Origin: Macrostomum lignano
Taxonomy: Eukaryota
Reading direction: 5' to 3'
Length of the DNA: 55,752 bases
NCBI GenBank assembly: GCA_002269645.1
Contig: NIVC01000167.1
Location: 46,877 to 102,628, forward strand
In this document: positions 10,501-23,065 of the stretch, piece after piece
Layout: the number at the start of each line of letters is the position of its first letter
Position numbering within the stretch: position 1 is the stretch's first letter
The notes under the pieces: model-generated
Databases searched by the model: none
Told to the model about the DNA's origin: nothing
What the model saw: only the letters and a program-made list of their open reading frames with translations
Made by a program: the position numbers and the translations under genes

Positions 10501-13500
10501 TATTAGTAATCAAAGCAAATTGTCCTTACAAGTTCTAGCTTAGTATTGATAAATACATTTTACTACTATGCAGGGTAAAATAGTATTTTTATCTTAAAAA
10601 TAATACAAGTTTAACATATTTAAGTCCACAATCTCTTAAATATGGCTATACATTCATAGATGACAATAATTGGCAAAATTATTGTTTTACCAATGCTTAT
10701 CCATGCTATCCAATTGCTGATTTTAGTCGCAGGTCCCGCTGTTTGTAAACAGACTGGATTCCACTCAGTCTGTTCTGCCATACGAGTATGACAGGTGAGC
10801 CCCCGCAGTCACGGTTCTGCTAAGCTGAGCTTAGTCTGCCTGTGCTCAATTCCGTTTTTTATATCATTAACTTAACTATCCACAGGTTCGACTTCTGCGA
10901 GTCGCCAAGCGACTCGTCCAGCCCGGTTGAGAACCTCGGCCAGGTTGTGTTTGGCGAGCGAATCCGGCCAAGCCCTTACACTGTGAACTTTCTCAAGGAG
11001 GTCAACTGCAAACTCGTCTGCACAAAAGAGTATACTAAAGAGTCCAAGTCTAGTCTGGAGAAGCTGCAGTTTCTGAGGAATAGCATCATATTGAACTACC
11101 AGCACCACTGGATCATGGACAATCTGCCTGTTACCTGGTGCTATACGGTTGACAGCGGGCAGCAGTTCTGCGCGCCCGGCTTCCCTGTTGGTTGCTATGT
11201 GACCGAGAAAGGCGAACGGCGCGACGCCTGCTCAACTAGTTCCAGGTCTGCCTCACTGCACTCTTTCCCAATAGTTTCGGCTTTTTTTAGTCCCTATGAC
11301 ATCATACATGCGCAACCTTGGGAATCACTCGGCCGTTTCTATTGGCAACACACGCATGTAATTCGCTATTGACTGAGAGCAATCACGTGACTACTATTCC
11401 GTCCAATAGCGACTTACATGTGTGTGTTGCCAATAGAAACGGCCGGGTGAATCCCTAGGTTGCGCCCAAGCATGTGAGGTGGGGTGGAGAAAGTTTTGTT
11501 TGGAGATTGGTCGGTTGCTGTCACCAGTGAGGTGGGGCGGATTCCACGTTTGAATTCCCGCCGGCGTTGCGTTCGCACGAATAAATCCGGAGCGTCGCAC
11601 AGACGAATCACAACGAAATTCTTTCTGCTGTTTTACTCCGACTGCCGGGGGTCCTCAAATCCCGGGGGGAGGGTAGTTGTCATCGTAGCGGAGCGGTCGT
11701 TTCTGACACCGTAAATTAATGTGTCGATTTGTTAAACTGATTACTTTCAGTAGGGTAGAGCTGCCACCACCGTAATTTACGTATTACGGAACGAATAGGT
11801 CCCAGAGCTTTCTTTGAGTTGATAACTTTAATTGTTTTACGCCCCGTGGGCAAATGACTAAGATAGACTATGGCTTGATTGATTAACGAATAAATATGGT
11901 GTAATTTATTAGGTATTTGGTTATTATTAAACAGCAGGTTTGAAATAAATTGAAGGTTATTAATATTACTATTGCTTTAATAAATTTACGACTGAAAAGA
12001 TTTCATGAGCGCCGGGGCGCTAAATATCAACTAAATAAAATAAAAGGCAAGTTACGTAAGCTAGTGTTGGTCGCACGAAGAAAATGCGAGTGCGGGAAAA
12101 CACGTTAAGCAGTTAGCCGGTGAGGAGGGGAAGGAGAGAAAAGAGAGAGAGAGAGAGTGAGAGTTTTTGTTTGGAGACACTAGCAATGAGCTGTTTAATA
12201 TTAGTGAAACGCATGTCAAGACATTGGTTGGATCAACGGTTGGGCATGCTTCTGGACAATAATTACAGCGCGTGGTCGAGGCACTGGACGGCCTTAAAAC
12301 TGAAGGAAACGGTTGGGCATGCTTCTGGACAAAAATTACAGCGCGTGGTCGAGGCACTGGACGGCCTTAAAACTGAAGGAAACGGTTGGGCATGCTTCTG
12401 GACAAATATTACAGCGCGTGGTCGAGGCACTGGACGGCCTTAAAACTGAAGGAAACGGTTGGGCATGCTTCTGGACAAAAATTACAGCGCGTGGTCGAGG
12501 CACTGGACGGCCTTAAAACTGAAGGAAACGGTTGGGCATGCTTCTGGACAAAAATTACAGCGCGTGGTCGAGGCACTGGACGGCCTTAAAACTGAAGGAA
12601 ACGGTTGGGCATGCTTCTGGACAAATATTACAGCGCGTGGTCGAGGCACTGGACGGCCTTAAAACTGAAGGAAACGGTTGGGCATGCTTCTGGACAAAAA
12701 TTACAGCGCGTGGTCGAGGCACTGGACGGCCTTAAAACTGAAGGAAACGGTTGGGCATGCTTCTGGACAAATATTACAGCGCGTGGTCGAGGCACTGGAC
12801 GGCCTTAAAACTGAAGGAAACGGTTGGGCATGCTTCTGGACAAATATTACAGCGCGTGGTCGAGGCACTGGACGGCCTTAAAACTGAAGGAAACAGAAAA
12901 ATTTAACAAAATGTCCAGTGGGAGGAGGATGAATTTCCAGAAAAAGGATGCAAAACCTCCACTGGGCGGTCCGTCGGCGGGACCAAACAGGGGAAACAAA
13001 TCAAATAGTGGACAAAAAATAAAGAAAACTTTTCGCATGCATTTCAAAGTTACTAAATTTGTTAATCAAAGTCAAAGTGGCATCCCACCTGCCACACATG
13101 TATGAGATCCGAATTAGGGTCGGGTAATTTCGGATCTCAGATCTTAAAGTCAATCGAATCTGTTTCCTTGCCCAACTTTTGAATTGGATCAATGGAAAGA
13201 ATAGTCAGTATGGACATACTTTATCGAGACAAATAATAAAAACGGATCTAGTTTTCTATTCTTTATTTGTTAGGATTAAATGTAAAGTTCTTACACCCGC
13301 TTAGAAATAAATGATAATAACAATTCTGCTTCAGGTTACACCAAAAATGCTGCAGAGTCTTTTAATGCTCAAATTTCCAACTGTGAAGCCTATTTGGCAT
13401 TATTGATAGATCTTAGCCTCCAGCCCACCATAAGTTTTATGTCAATCTGTGTGCCTCAGGCGACTGTCGCACATAAATGCGATGGAGAGCGTAAAAATGC

Positions 13501-16500
13501 GTTGTTATAAATGCGAAATCCGATTCTAATTCATAAAGTGACGCAGTTGAGCTTTATATGCAACTCAGTGATTCCACAGCGACTCCAGCACGCCTCATAT
13601 GCGACCCTACGGCCCCAGTCATTATAGTAGCGCCTCAGAGTCACTTGCGTCGCCATAGGGTCGTTTCAGAGTCGCAGACAATCAAACGACTCTTTGACAA
13701 CTTTCTGGCAACTTACCGTGACATCTCGTCGTTTAGAGTCGTCTAGACTCACTTCTTTCCTATTTTACCTGTGTTACCTGCAACGACTTTGGGCGACGCA
13801 AGTGACTCTGGGATACTACTTGGCCTAGTTACCGTTTTCATCGGGTATTCTATCGCCCATAGTAACTCGCCTCGCTCTGCAGGTACAGCTCGCCGAACAC
13901 GGTGTACCTGTTCAACCATGTGCAGCTGGTGATCTCCTATCACAGCAGCGCCGAGGAAAGCTGGGGCGCCGGAATCTCCGGTCGCGGCGGGAGGATCATC
14001 TCGGTTAAAGCGCTTGTGCAAAGCTACAAGCACAGTGGCAAGGATTCTATACGATGCAACGATCAGACTCCTCCGTTAGGCATCTCGGCTACAAGCAGCG
14101 ACCTGCCGGAGCCAGTTAAAGTGTTCTACACCTACAGCGTGTCTTACAAGCAGGATAATAGCGTTCGCTGGAGCTCCCGCTGGGATTATATCCTGGAATC
14201 CATGCCGCACTCCAATATCCAGTGGTTTAGCATTCTAAACTCGCTAGTCATAGTCCTGTTCCTAAGCGGCATGGTTGCTATGATCCTGCTGCGCACTCTG
14301 CACAGGGACATCTCTCGCTACAACCAGCAGGAGGCGCACGAAGAGGCCCAAGAAGAATTCGGCTGGAAGCTGGTGCACGGCGACGTGTTCCGGCCGCCAG
14401 CCAAGGGTATGCTGCTCAGCGTGTTCCTAGGCAACGGAGTCCAGATCCTGTGCATGTCGCTCATCACGCTGGCCTTCGCCTGTCTCGGCTTTCTCAGTCC
14501 GGCCAATCGCGGCGCCCTCATGACCTGCGCCATGGTGCTGTACGTCCTGCTGGGCACACCGGCTGGCTACGTGTCCGCCAGAATCTACAAGATGTTTGGC
14601 GGCCTGCGCTGGAAGCTGCACGTCTTATTAACTGCGCTGCTGTGCCCCGGCCTGGTGTTTGCCATCTTCTTCGTGCTTAACCTGGTGCTGTGGGCTAAGG
14701 GCAGCTCGGCCGCTGTGCCGTTTAGCACTATTGTTGCCATCCTGGCTCTCTGGTTCCTCGTCTCCGTTCCGCTCTGCTTTCTAGGCGCTTATTTCGGTTT
14801 TAAGAAGCCGCCGATAGAGCATCCGGTTCGCACTAATCAGATACCCAGACAGATCCCCGACCAGAGCTTCTACACGAGGCCCCTGCCCGGCATTCTAATG
14901 GGCGGCATCCTGCCATTCGGCTGCATCTTCATCCAGCTGTTCTTCATTCTGAACTCGATCTGGGGCTCCGATGTGAGTTCGCCTACCTGTATTTCTGCTA
15001 CCTCTGTGACCTTCAATGTGACACCGCTACCCCCTGTGACATTCAATGTGATAACACTACCCCCCTGTGACCTTCAATATGATACCGCTACCCCCTGTGA
15101 CCTTCAATGTGATACCGCTATGCCTTTGACCTTCAATGTGATACCGCTATCCCTTTGACCTTCAATGTGATACCGCTACCCCCTGTGACCTTCAATGTGA
15201 CACCGCTACCCCTGTGACCTTCAATGTGATACCGCTACCCCCTGTGATCTTCAATGTGATACCGCTACCCTTGTGACCTTAAATGCCTCCCTTGAACGGA
15301 GATATAATATAGTTTCAAATGTCTTCTGTGATAAAATAAGCAAGCAAAAATAAACCTCACTGCTTCTTTAAAACCGATTTCTACTTAACCAGGTGTACTA
15401 CATGTTCGGCTTCCTGTTCCTGGTGTTCCTCATCTTGCTTGTGACCTGCTCGGAGGCCACCATTCTGCTGTGCTATTTCCACCTGTGCGCAGAGGACTAT
15501 CACTGGTGGTGGCGCGCCTTCCTCACGGCCGGGTGCACAGCCATGTACCTGTTCCTCTATTCCGTGCACTATTTCTTCGCCAAGATGGAGTTGAGCGGCG
15601 CCGCTTCTACTTTCCTGTACTTCGGCTACACCTTCATCATTGTGCTGCTGTTTTTCCTTTTCACAGGTGAGGAGCATGCATTTGAGTTTGTTGCAAATAA
15701 AACTTTATTGTGTGCCGATTTCGATAACTGTACTCCGATCCCTGATCTCCCTCAGTTCTCAGTCTGGGCCGCTGTCACCCTCCAGTTCTCAGTCTGGGCC
15801 GCTCTCACCCCCCCCCCATTTCTCAGTCTGGGCCGCTCTCACCCCCCCCCCATTTCTCAGTCTGGGCCGCTGTCACCTCCATTCCTCAGTCTGGGCCGCT
15901 CTCACCCCCCCCCCAGTTCTCAGTCTGGGCCGCTCTCTCCCCCAGTTCTCAGTCTGGGCCGCTCTCTCCCCCAGTTCTCAGTCTGGGCCGCTCTCTCCCC
16001 CCCTCCCCAGTTCTCAGTCTCGGCCGCTCTCTCCCCCAGTTCTCAGTCTGGGCCGCTCTCTCCCCCAGTTCTCAGTTTCGGCCGCTCTCACCCCAATTTT
16101 TCAGTCTGGGCCGCTATTACCCCCAGTTCTCAGTCTGGGCTGCTCTCACCCCCCAGTTCTCAGTCTGGGCTGCTCTCACCCCCCAGTTCTCAGTCTGGGC
16201 TGCTCTCACCCCCCCCCATTTCTCAGTCTGGGCCGCTGTCACCCCCAGTTCTCAGTCTGGACCGCTCTCACCCCTATTTCTCAGGGGCCGCTCTCATCTC
16301 ACCCAGTTCTCAGTCTGGGCCGCTGTCACCCCCCAGTTCTCAGTCTGGGCCGCTCTCACCCCCCCCATTTCTCAGTCTGGGCCGCTGTCACCCCCATTCC
16401 TCAGTCTGGGCCGCTCTCACCCCCATTCCTCAGTCTGGGCCGCTCTCACCCCCCCCCCCCCAGTTCTCAGTCTGGGCCGCTCTCTCCCCCAGTTCTCAGT

Positions 16501-16958
16501 CTCGGCCGCTCTCACCCCCCCTCCCCAGTTCTCAGTCTGGGCCGCTCTCACCCCAATTTTTCAGTCTGGGCCGCTCTTACCCCCCAGTTCTCAGTCTGGG
16601 CTGCTCTCACCCCCCAGTTCTCAGTCTGGACCGCTCTCACCCCTATTTCTCAGGGGCCGCTCTCATCTCACCCAGTTCTCAGTCTGGGCCACTCTCACCC
16701 CCCAGTTCTCAGTCTGGGCCGCATTTCTCAGTCTTGGCCGCTCTCACCCCCCATTTCTCAGTCTGGGCTGCTCTCATCTCCCTAATTCTCAGTCTGGGCC
16801 GCTCTCATCTCCCTAATTCTCAGTCTGGGCCGCTCTCATCTCCCCAGCTCAGTTCGCAGTCCAATCCGCCTATACTTTTACTCATTTTAGGCACCGTGGG
16901 CTTCTTCGCCACGTTTTGGTTTGTACGCAAAATCTACAGCGTTGTAAAGGTGGATTAA
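7576..16958 (+). CDS. TM9SF2: Transmembrane 9 superfamily member 2 (nonaspanin), 660 aa; exons 7576-7698, 10727-10794, 10886-11245, 13883-14972, 15393-15666, 16891-16958
   Basis: Signal peptide followed by [13 protein letters not shown]; [14 protein letters not shown]; [12 protein letters not shown]; [17 protein letters not shown]; WSSRWDYIL; IQWFSILNS; C-terminal KIYSVVKVD. All introns are GT-AG with consistent phases (0,2,2,0,1). Exon total 1983 nt = 661 codons including stop. Confidence 0.95.
9308..9533. repeat. Five degenerate ~51-56-bp repeats with conserved core CTTTGACAACTT(T)GGTGTCAGCAGT and variable spacers (TM9SF2 intron 1)
   Basis: Cores start at 9311, 9367, 9419, 9473 and (degenerate) 9524. 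Confidence 0.75.
11310..11465. mobile_element. MITE-like long inverted repeat (65-bp arms, 27-nt loop) in TM9SF2 intron 3
   Basis: 11310-11373 aligns to the reverse complement of 11401-11465 with 5 mismatches and 1 indel. No clear TSD, so the inverted repeat is certain but the MITE call is tentative. Confidence 0.55.
12235..12894. repeat. 73-bp tandem repeat, 9 copies (TM9SF2 intron 3)
   Basis: Unit AACGGTTGGGCATGCTTCTGGACAAA(A/T)ATTACAGCGCGTGGTCGAGGCACTGGACGGCCTTAAAACTGAAGGA; two variants are interspersed. Confidence 0.95.
15001..15283. repeat. ~30-bp minisatellite CCCCCTGTGACCTTCAATGTGATACCGCTA, ~9 copies (TM9SF2 intron 4)
   Basis: Direct reading. Confidence 0.9.
15749..16846. repeat. ~29-30-bp minisatellite CCCCAGTTCTCAGTCTGGGCCGCTCTCACC, ~38 degenerate copies (TM9SF2 intron 5)
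   Basis: Direct reading; explains the repetitive ORF-track peptides. Confidence 0.9.
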
Positions 16959-17490
16959 TGCGGCAACTGTACGCGGCTTTGGTACTGGGATACCCGCTCG
17001 ATTTTGCTGAAAACAATACGGCGGGATTGAATTTTGCACTATTTCGCCATCACTCACTTGTTACTTACTCCAGTGTACCCAGTTCTTGCTTGTGATGGGA
17101 TTCCTTGCTCTCTATATTCGTGTTTAGCCAGCATGTGATTACCTTACCGCCCCGTATATCCTTTATCAGCATCTACTATAGAAGTCTATGTATCATTTAT
17201 TGTCGATAAACGCATATATCGGTTGTTGAATATCAATAGAATGCGTAAACATTAATAATAATACGAGTGTGTAGTACCATATAAAATAGTTTCGCTAATG
17301 GTTTTATTAGTTTTACAGTAACAACATAATTCTGCACCAAATGCGAGCTGTTATATTGATTGTGTAAGAGTAAAGGACTGGCTTTCCTAGTGAATATGTG
17401 CATGGACTATATCTGCTTTATTAATAATCCTGTCATATTTCCTAATTTTTTTCGATGTGTTAACTGTACCGGTCGTCGCCATGATCTCAA

Positions 17491-18690
17491 CCCGCTGCCA
17501 CACTGAATCCGCCCCTTCTTACCCGCTGCCACACTGAATCCGCCCCTTCTTACCCGCTGCCACACTGAATCCGCCCCTTCTTACCCGCTGCCACACTGAA
17601 TCCGCCCCCTCTTACCCGCTGCCACACTGAATCCGCCCCCTCTTACCCGCTGCCACACTGAATCCGCCCCTTCTTACCCGCTGCCACACTGAATCCGCCC
17701 CTTCTTACCCGCTGCCACACTGAATCCGCCCCCTCTTACCCGCTGCCACACTGAATCCGCCCCTTCTTACCCGCTGCCACACTGAATCCGCCCCCTCTTA
17801 CCCGCTGCCACACTGAATCCGCCCCTTCTTACCCGCTGCCACACTGAATCCGCCCCCTCTTACCCGCTGCCACACTGAATCCGCCCCCTCTTACCCGCTG
17901 CCACACTGAATCCGCCCCCTCTTACCCGCTGCCACACTGAATCCGCCCCCTCTTACCCGCTGCCACACTGAATCCGCCCCTTCTTACCCGCTGCCACACT
18001 GAATCCGCCCCTTCTTACCCGCTGCCACACTGAATCCGCCCCTTCTTACCCGCTGCCACACTGAATCCGCCCCTTCTTACCCGCTGCCACACTGAATCCG
18101 CCCCTTCTTACCCGCTGCCACACTGAATCCGCCCCTTCTTACCCGCTGCCACACTGAATCCGCCCCTTCTTACCCGCTGCCACACTGAATCCGCCCCCTC
18201 TTACCCGCTGCCACACTGAATCCGCCCCTTCTTACCCGCTGCCACACTGAATCCGCCCCCTCTTACCCGCTGCCACACTGAATCCGCCCCCTCTTACCCG
18301 CTGCCACACTGAATCCGCCCCCTCTTACCCGCTGCCACACTGAATCCGCCCCCTCTTACCCGCTGCCACACTGAATCCGCCCCCTCTTACCCGCTGCCAC
18401 ACTGAATCCGCCCCTTCTTACCCGCTGCCACACTGAATCCGCCCCTTCTTACCCGCTGCCACACTGAATCCGCCCCTTCTTACCCGCTGCCACACTGAAT
18501 CCGCCCCTTCTTACCCGCTGCCACACTGAATCCGCCCCTTCTTACCCGCTGCCACACTGAATCCGCCCCTTCTTACCCGCTGCCACACTGAATCCGCCCC
18601 TTCTTACCCGCTGCCACAATGAATCCGCCCCTTCTTACCCGCTGATGCACTGAATCCGCCCCCTCTTACCCGCTGCCACACTGAATCCAC
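17491..18690. repeat. 31-bp minisatellite CCCGCTGCCACACTGAATCCGCCCC(T/C)TCTTA, ~39 copies
   Basis: Direct reading; two variants. Confidence 0.95.
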
Positions 18691-19870
18691 CGCCCCCCCT
18701 CTTGTGTGGCCACATGTGTAAACAATAGTTAGCCGTTTTGCTTTTCCTATCTGTTATTCTAGCGACTGGATGCTATTCCCCATTAACTGGGATAATCCCG
18801 ATCAGCCATACTCCCCTGTACACCCCAAATGTCGTTAAGCAATAATCAGTCCCATAAACTACGCCTGCTTATATACTATAGCAGCATATACTATAAGCTA
18901 TAGCTTGAAATTTGAAAACATTAATTTCACCTGGCTGACCAGGGTCCAGTTAAAGTAAGCAACGTCATCCAAGTTTTGTTTTAATCCTTTTTTCACTTTT
19001 TTTTCACCACCGTGACAGTGGCTAAGTACCTTTAGTTAGCCTTGGCTGTCATTGCTGATAAATTGCCTGATAAATAAATAAATTTACGCACGAGTTCTGG
19101 CATTGGCACCGCACTCTCAAATAAAGAGTTTATTTGATCTTGTTTTCGATTTGCTCTGTTGTTTGTATACGGATTAAACATTTTCCTGGATAATACTAGT
19201 GTTGTGTTTTATTTTCAGCATCGCCTCTTTGCTGCCCCGTTTAATCTATAGTTATTGGTTTTAGATTCTGCTCGCGTCGGCCCGTGGTTCATTTCGCTGA
19301 TTTTTATTTGTTATCAATTGTCCTTTGTTTGCTACTTTGCAGTAGTGTATGATGAAAACTATTTTGTTTTGTTTATTCAATTGTAGCCAGTTTAATATTC
19401 ATACTGCCTAAAGTAATAATGCCCGCTATTATTCGGTTGCAGAAATAAGCCAGCCTCCTCTTTCCCTTTTGTTTGATCGCTGTGCGCTGCTGAATTCGGC
19501 TACCAGGGTAAAATAATACAAGGCGACACTTGTCTGTCTCTGTCTCTCTCTAACTCTTCATTTTGCTATCAACACTGCAATTCTGATGCATAGCAATCCT
19601 ATGCGTTCTTTTTCAATGGTTTTTTGTTTATACGTAAATACGAGGGTCGCTAGTCGGGTTCAGATTAAGCAGACTTGACCGTGGTTAGTACAGAGCAATC
19701 CGAAATAAATGCATGTGTTGTGGGAGGCTGGGAGCTTCAGAGGCATAGCTGGTGGGGGGGGGGGGTAAGGGGCGGCGGCCCCTCAATAGGCTATAAAAAG
19801 TTATGGCGCCCCTTATCCAGTAGGTTAAGAGCCCCTGTTTCCAAGTTTAACGCTTCCCCAGCCACTACTG

Positions 19871-20510
19871 TGGCGCCTCTTGATGCTGGCGCCTCTTGAT
19901 GCTGGCGCCACTTGGTGCTGGCGCCTCGGTGCTGGCGCCTCGGTGCTGGCGGCTCGGTGCTGGCGCCTCGGTGCTGGTGCCTCGGTGCTGGCGCCTCGGT
20001 GCTGGCACCACGGTGCTGGCGCCACGGTGCTGGCGCTACGGTGCTGGCGCCACGTGGTGCTGGCGCCTCGGTGCTGGCGCCTCGGTGCTGGCGCCACGGT
20101 GCTGGCGCCACGGTGCTGGCGCCACGGTGCTGGCGCTACGGTGCTGGCGCCACAGTGCTGGCGCTACGGTGCTGGCGCCACGTGGTGCTGGCGCCACGGT
20201 GCTGGCGCCACGGTGCTGGCGCCACGGTGCTGGCACCACGGTGCTGGCGCCACGGTGCTGGCGCCACGGTGCTGGCGCCTCGGTGCTGGCGCAACTTGGT
20301 GCTGGCGCCACTTGGTGCTTGCGCCACTTGGTGCTGGCGCCACGGTGCTGGCGCCTCGGTGCTGGCGCAACTTGGTGCTGGCGCCACTTGGTGCTTGCGC
20401 CACTTGGTGCTTGCGCCACTTGGTGCTTGCGCCACTTGGTGCTGGCGCCACGGTGCTGACGCCACGGTGCTGGCGCCACGGTTCTGGCGCTACGGTGCTG
20501 GCGCCACTTG
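19871..20510. repeat. 14-16-bp satellite with core GGTGCTGGCGCC
   Basis: Direct reading; mixed unit lengths. Confidence 0.9.
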
Positions 20511-20795
20511 ACGCGTTACCGTCGAGCTTACAGTAGGTCGATTCATTCGGCTAATGTTTCAGGTTGCATTTTTGCTTTCTTCCTTTCCTACTAGTTTATC
20601 GGGTTTAAGTAGTATGGTTAGTGTAGGTGAGTTAGTACAGAAGCAGTTGCGTCGGGATAAGCGAAATGAAACTTTTGAAACTTAGCATTCAAGATTTGAA
20701 CATGTAAAAAGGCGCTTCAGTAGTCATTCGTATTGGAACGATCAGCCGCAGTTGATCGACTTGACGTCCTGCATAAGACCTGATTAGTCGAGAGC

Positions 20796-21000
20796 AACAC
20801 ATGCGCGCTCAGTCAGAATCGGGCATAAACACGCGCGCGCTCAGTCAGAATTGGGCATAAACACGCGCGCGCTCAGTCAGAATCGGGCATAAACACTTGT
20901 GTGCTAAGTCAGAATTGGGCATAAACACGCGCGCTTAGTCAGAATATGCCGAATAAACACCTACGTGATTAGTCAGAAAATTGGGTAAATAACCTACGCG
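20796..21000. repeat. ~32-bp repeat GCGCTCAGTCAGAAT(C/T)GGGCATAAACACGC, ~6 copies decaying rightwards
   Basis: Direct reading. Confidence 0.85.
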
Positions 21001-23065
21001 CTTGTTCCACAGTCGTACCCATTTGTTGCGCTATTAGTATGAGCTCGTATATACATGTATTAGCTTACATGTATTTAGCGTGTATGTGCATGCCCGTTGC
21101 AATCATCGCAGCAATTGTTTCTCAATATTTCCAAATTTTCATTACACGGAACGCGACAGTCAGCACAGCTCCAATTTTTCACTTCCGCTTCCAAGCCCAA
21201 GTGACTGCAGCGCCATAGTCTGACTCGAGGTGCTGCCTTTGTGCCCGACCTGATCTACTCAGCGGGGGAGCATGTCGGCTGCTCAGTCTAAGGGGGACCC
21301 TCTCTACTCTAAATGAGTAACCGTGTTTTTTAATCACAGTGATTTTCGCCAATCTGTGACCCCCCGACTTATCTAAAGGAAAGCGCAGTGGCCCCTCTCG
21401 TGCACGCGAATTCAGGATTGGCACAGATGTCTGTCTGTCAGCATCACCTCTCTCTCTCTCCATCCTTATTGCTCACGCGCCGCGCCACATGGGCTCCGCG
21501 TGGATTAGGAAATTTGCCTGCCTCCCGGCTGACTCTTCATAATTATAATTGCTCCCCTTTCTGCCCAACCCCCCTCCAGTGTTGCCTCACAATATCCGCT
21601 TTATCATTGTCATTATAGTCCACAGTTGTCTATTATTTCTGCTGCTATTATTAGGCTATACCTGCAAAGCGTGTTTGCTGTGAATGGGCATGGGAAATTA
21701 TCCATAATAGAAATTTACTTTCGCCTTTTTAAGTTGAAAGTTGGCGCATGCACGCCTTTGCCTTTTCTAGAAAGTTCCTGATAATAAGCGGATATGGTGG
21801 AATAACTGATCTATAACTTATGCATAAAGTATCAATAGTTTAATTTCCATAACCATATACGAACCTCATTCCAGAACCTGCACTAGCATTATTCATTTGG
21901 ATCATTGGCCTTCGCAACTGTACTAGCTATTGAAAAGCATTTTCAACACCTGTTTCTGTAGGGATGCGATAAGTTCGATTGGCTCGTATAGTGCAATTTG
22001 TCAGTTTCCACTGTTCAGCTGTGCAAATTATATTATCAAATTATAGTCGAGGAAAAAGCCGCTTGTTTATTTATCCGCCTCAGGCGGTATCCGAGCCGTC
22101 ACCGACCAAAACAGACAGGCGGACAGCAGCTGACCTGCTGAGGCCGCCGGCAGAGGTTCTGCATCAATGATGATGATAGCCGCAAATATTGACGAGCCGA
22201 TCCGAAACTGACAAATGCACTGGCGCAATGGGCCTGCCCGGCTCTCCAAAGCTTCCTCTCTCTCTCTCTCTCTCTCGTTTAAAAAAGAAAGCAATAATCA
22301 GGTTTCTTGCGCAACCAGGAAATACAACATATCTGGCGCATGTGTCCGGGCACGCTTCGCTTGCATTGCCACAGCCTCCACTCCCTATTTAAAGCCATCT
22401 TAGCCTTGCCAACCAATACATTTGTGAGGCTTCCTTCAAGCCGGAGGTGAAAGGATATGAAAGGATAACAAGAAATCTGCCGCGCCAACTGGTCCTGGGC
22501 CGAGTTTATTTTTAAATAAACTGCAACAAAAGTTTGCGATCTGTCGTCTTTTCGACATCTTAGCTAAAGGGATTTGCTAATGCTTTCAACTGTGCAAATT
22601 GCCCGGGTTGCTAGGGCGGGCGAGTGTAAACCACGGCCCGAGTTCGAACAGGCCGGCCAAGCAGTTGTCACTGGCAGTCAGGTGAGGCCGAAGCCGTCCC
22701 CGAGTCACCTGTCGGAGGCGCCATGCGACCTCGGCTGCGAGGCTGCTGCTGGTGAAATATTTGGCCTGGCGTTGCGGCAGCCGGCGCCCGTCTCTCCCCC
22801 CCCCACTGATCTGCTAAATATTTCGCTGGCCGAATCGCTCGCTCGGACTCGGGCTAATCCGCGATAATCATCCACCATTTTTCACTGCACTGGAGTGCGC
22901 TTTCTTTGACCTGCTGACAGTCTCGACTGATGATGACCCAGCAGTGCTGTGCTGCTTTCGCGTGACTTTCAATTTATTTAGGAAGCAGCTAGATCTGTGG
23001 GTCATTATTGACCAGCATCACTGATCACTAAGTGATATTGATGGGCACAAATATGGGTATTCGGC

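Noticed and set aside
7700-10720. Mitochondrial insertion (NUMT) or AT-rich viral insertion
   Set aside because: No recognisable mitochondrial protein, rRNA or tRNA motifs and no long ORFs. The region is bounded by TM9SF2 splice sites.
11756-13088. hAT-like element (TAGAGCTGCCAC ... GTGGCATCCCAC) or Helitron carrying the 73-bp array
   Set aside because: TIR match is weak, no TSD is seen, and no CTRR terminus follows the 13103 hairpin.
10842-16958. Track ORF starts/ends at 10842, 11372, 13902, 15158 and the 521-aa ORF 15393..16958
   Set aside because: These are TM9SF2 exons read into introns. The SQSGPLSPP-type tract is intronic satellite that happens to stay in frame.
19738-19870. Short hAT-type MITE (CAGAGGCATAGCTGG ... 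CCAGCCACTACTG)
   Set aside because: The ends are only loosely complementary and there is no 8-bp TSD, so it is too degenerate to call.
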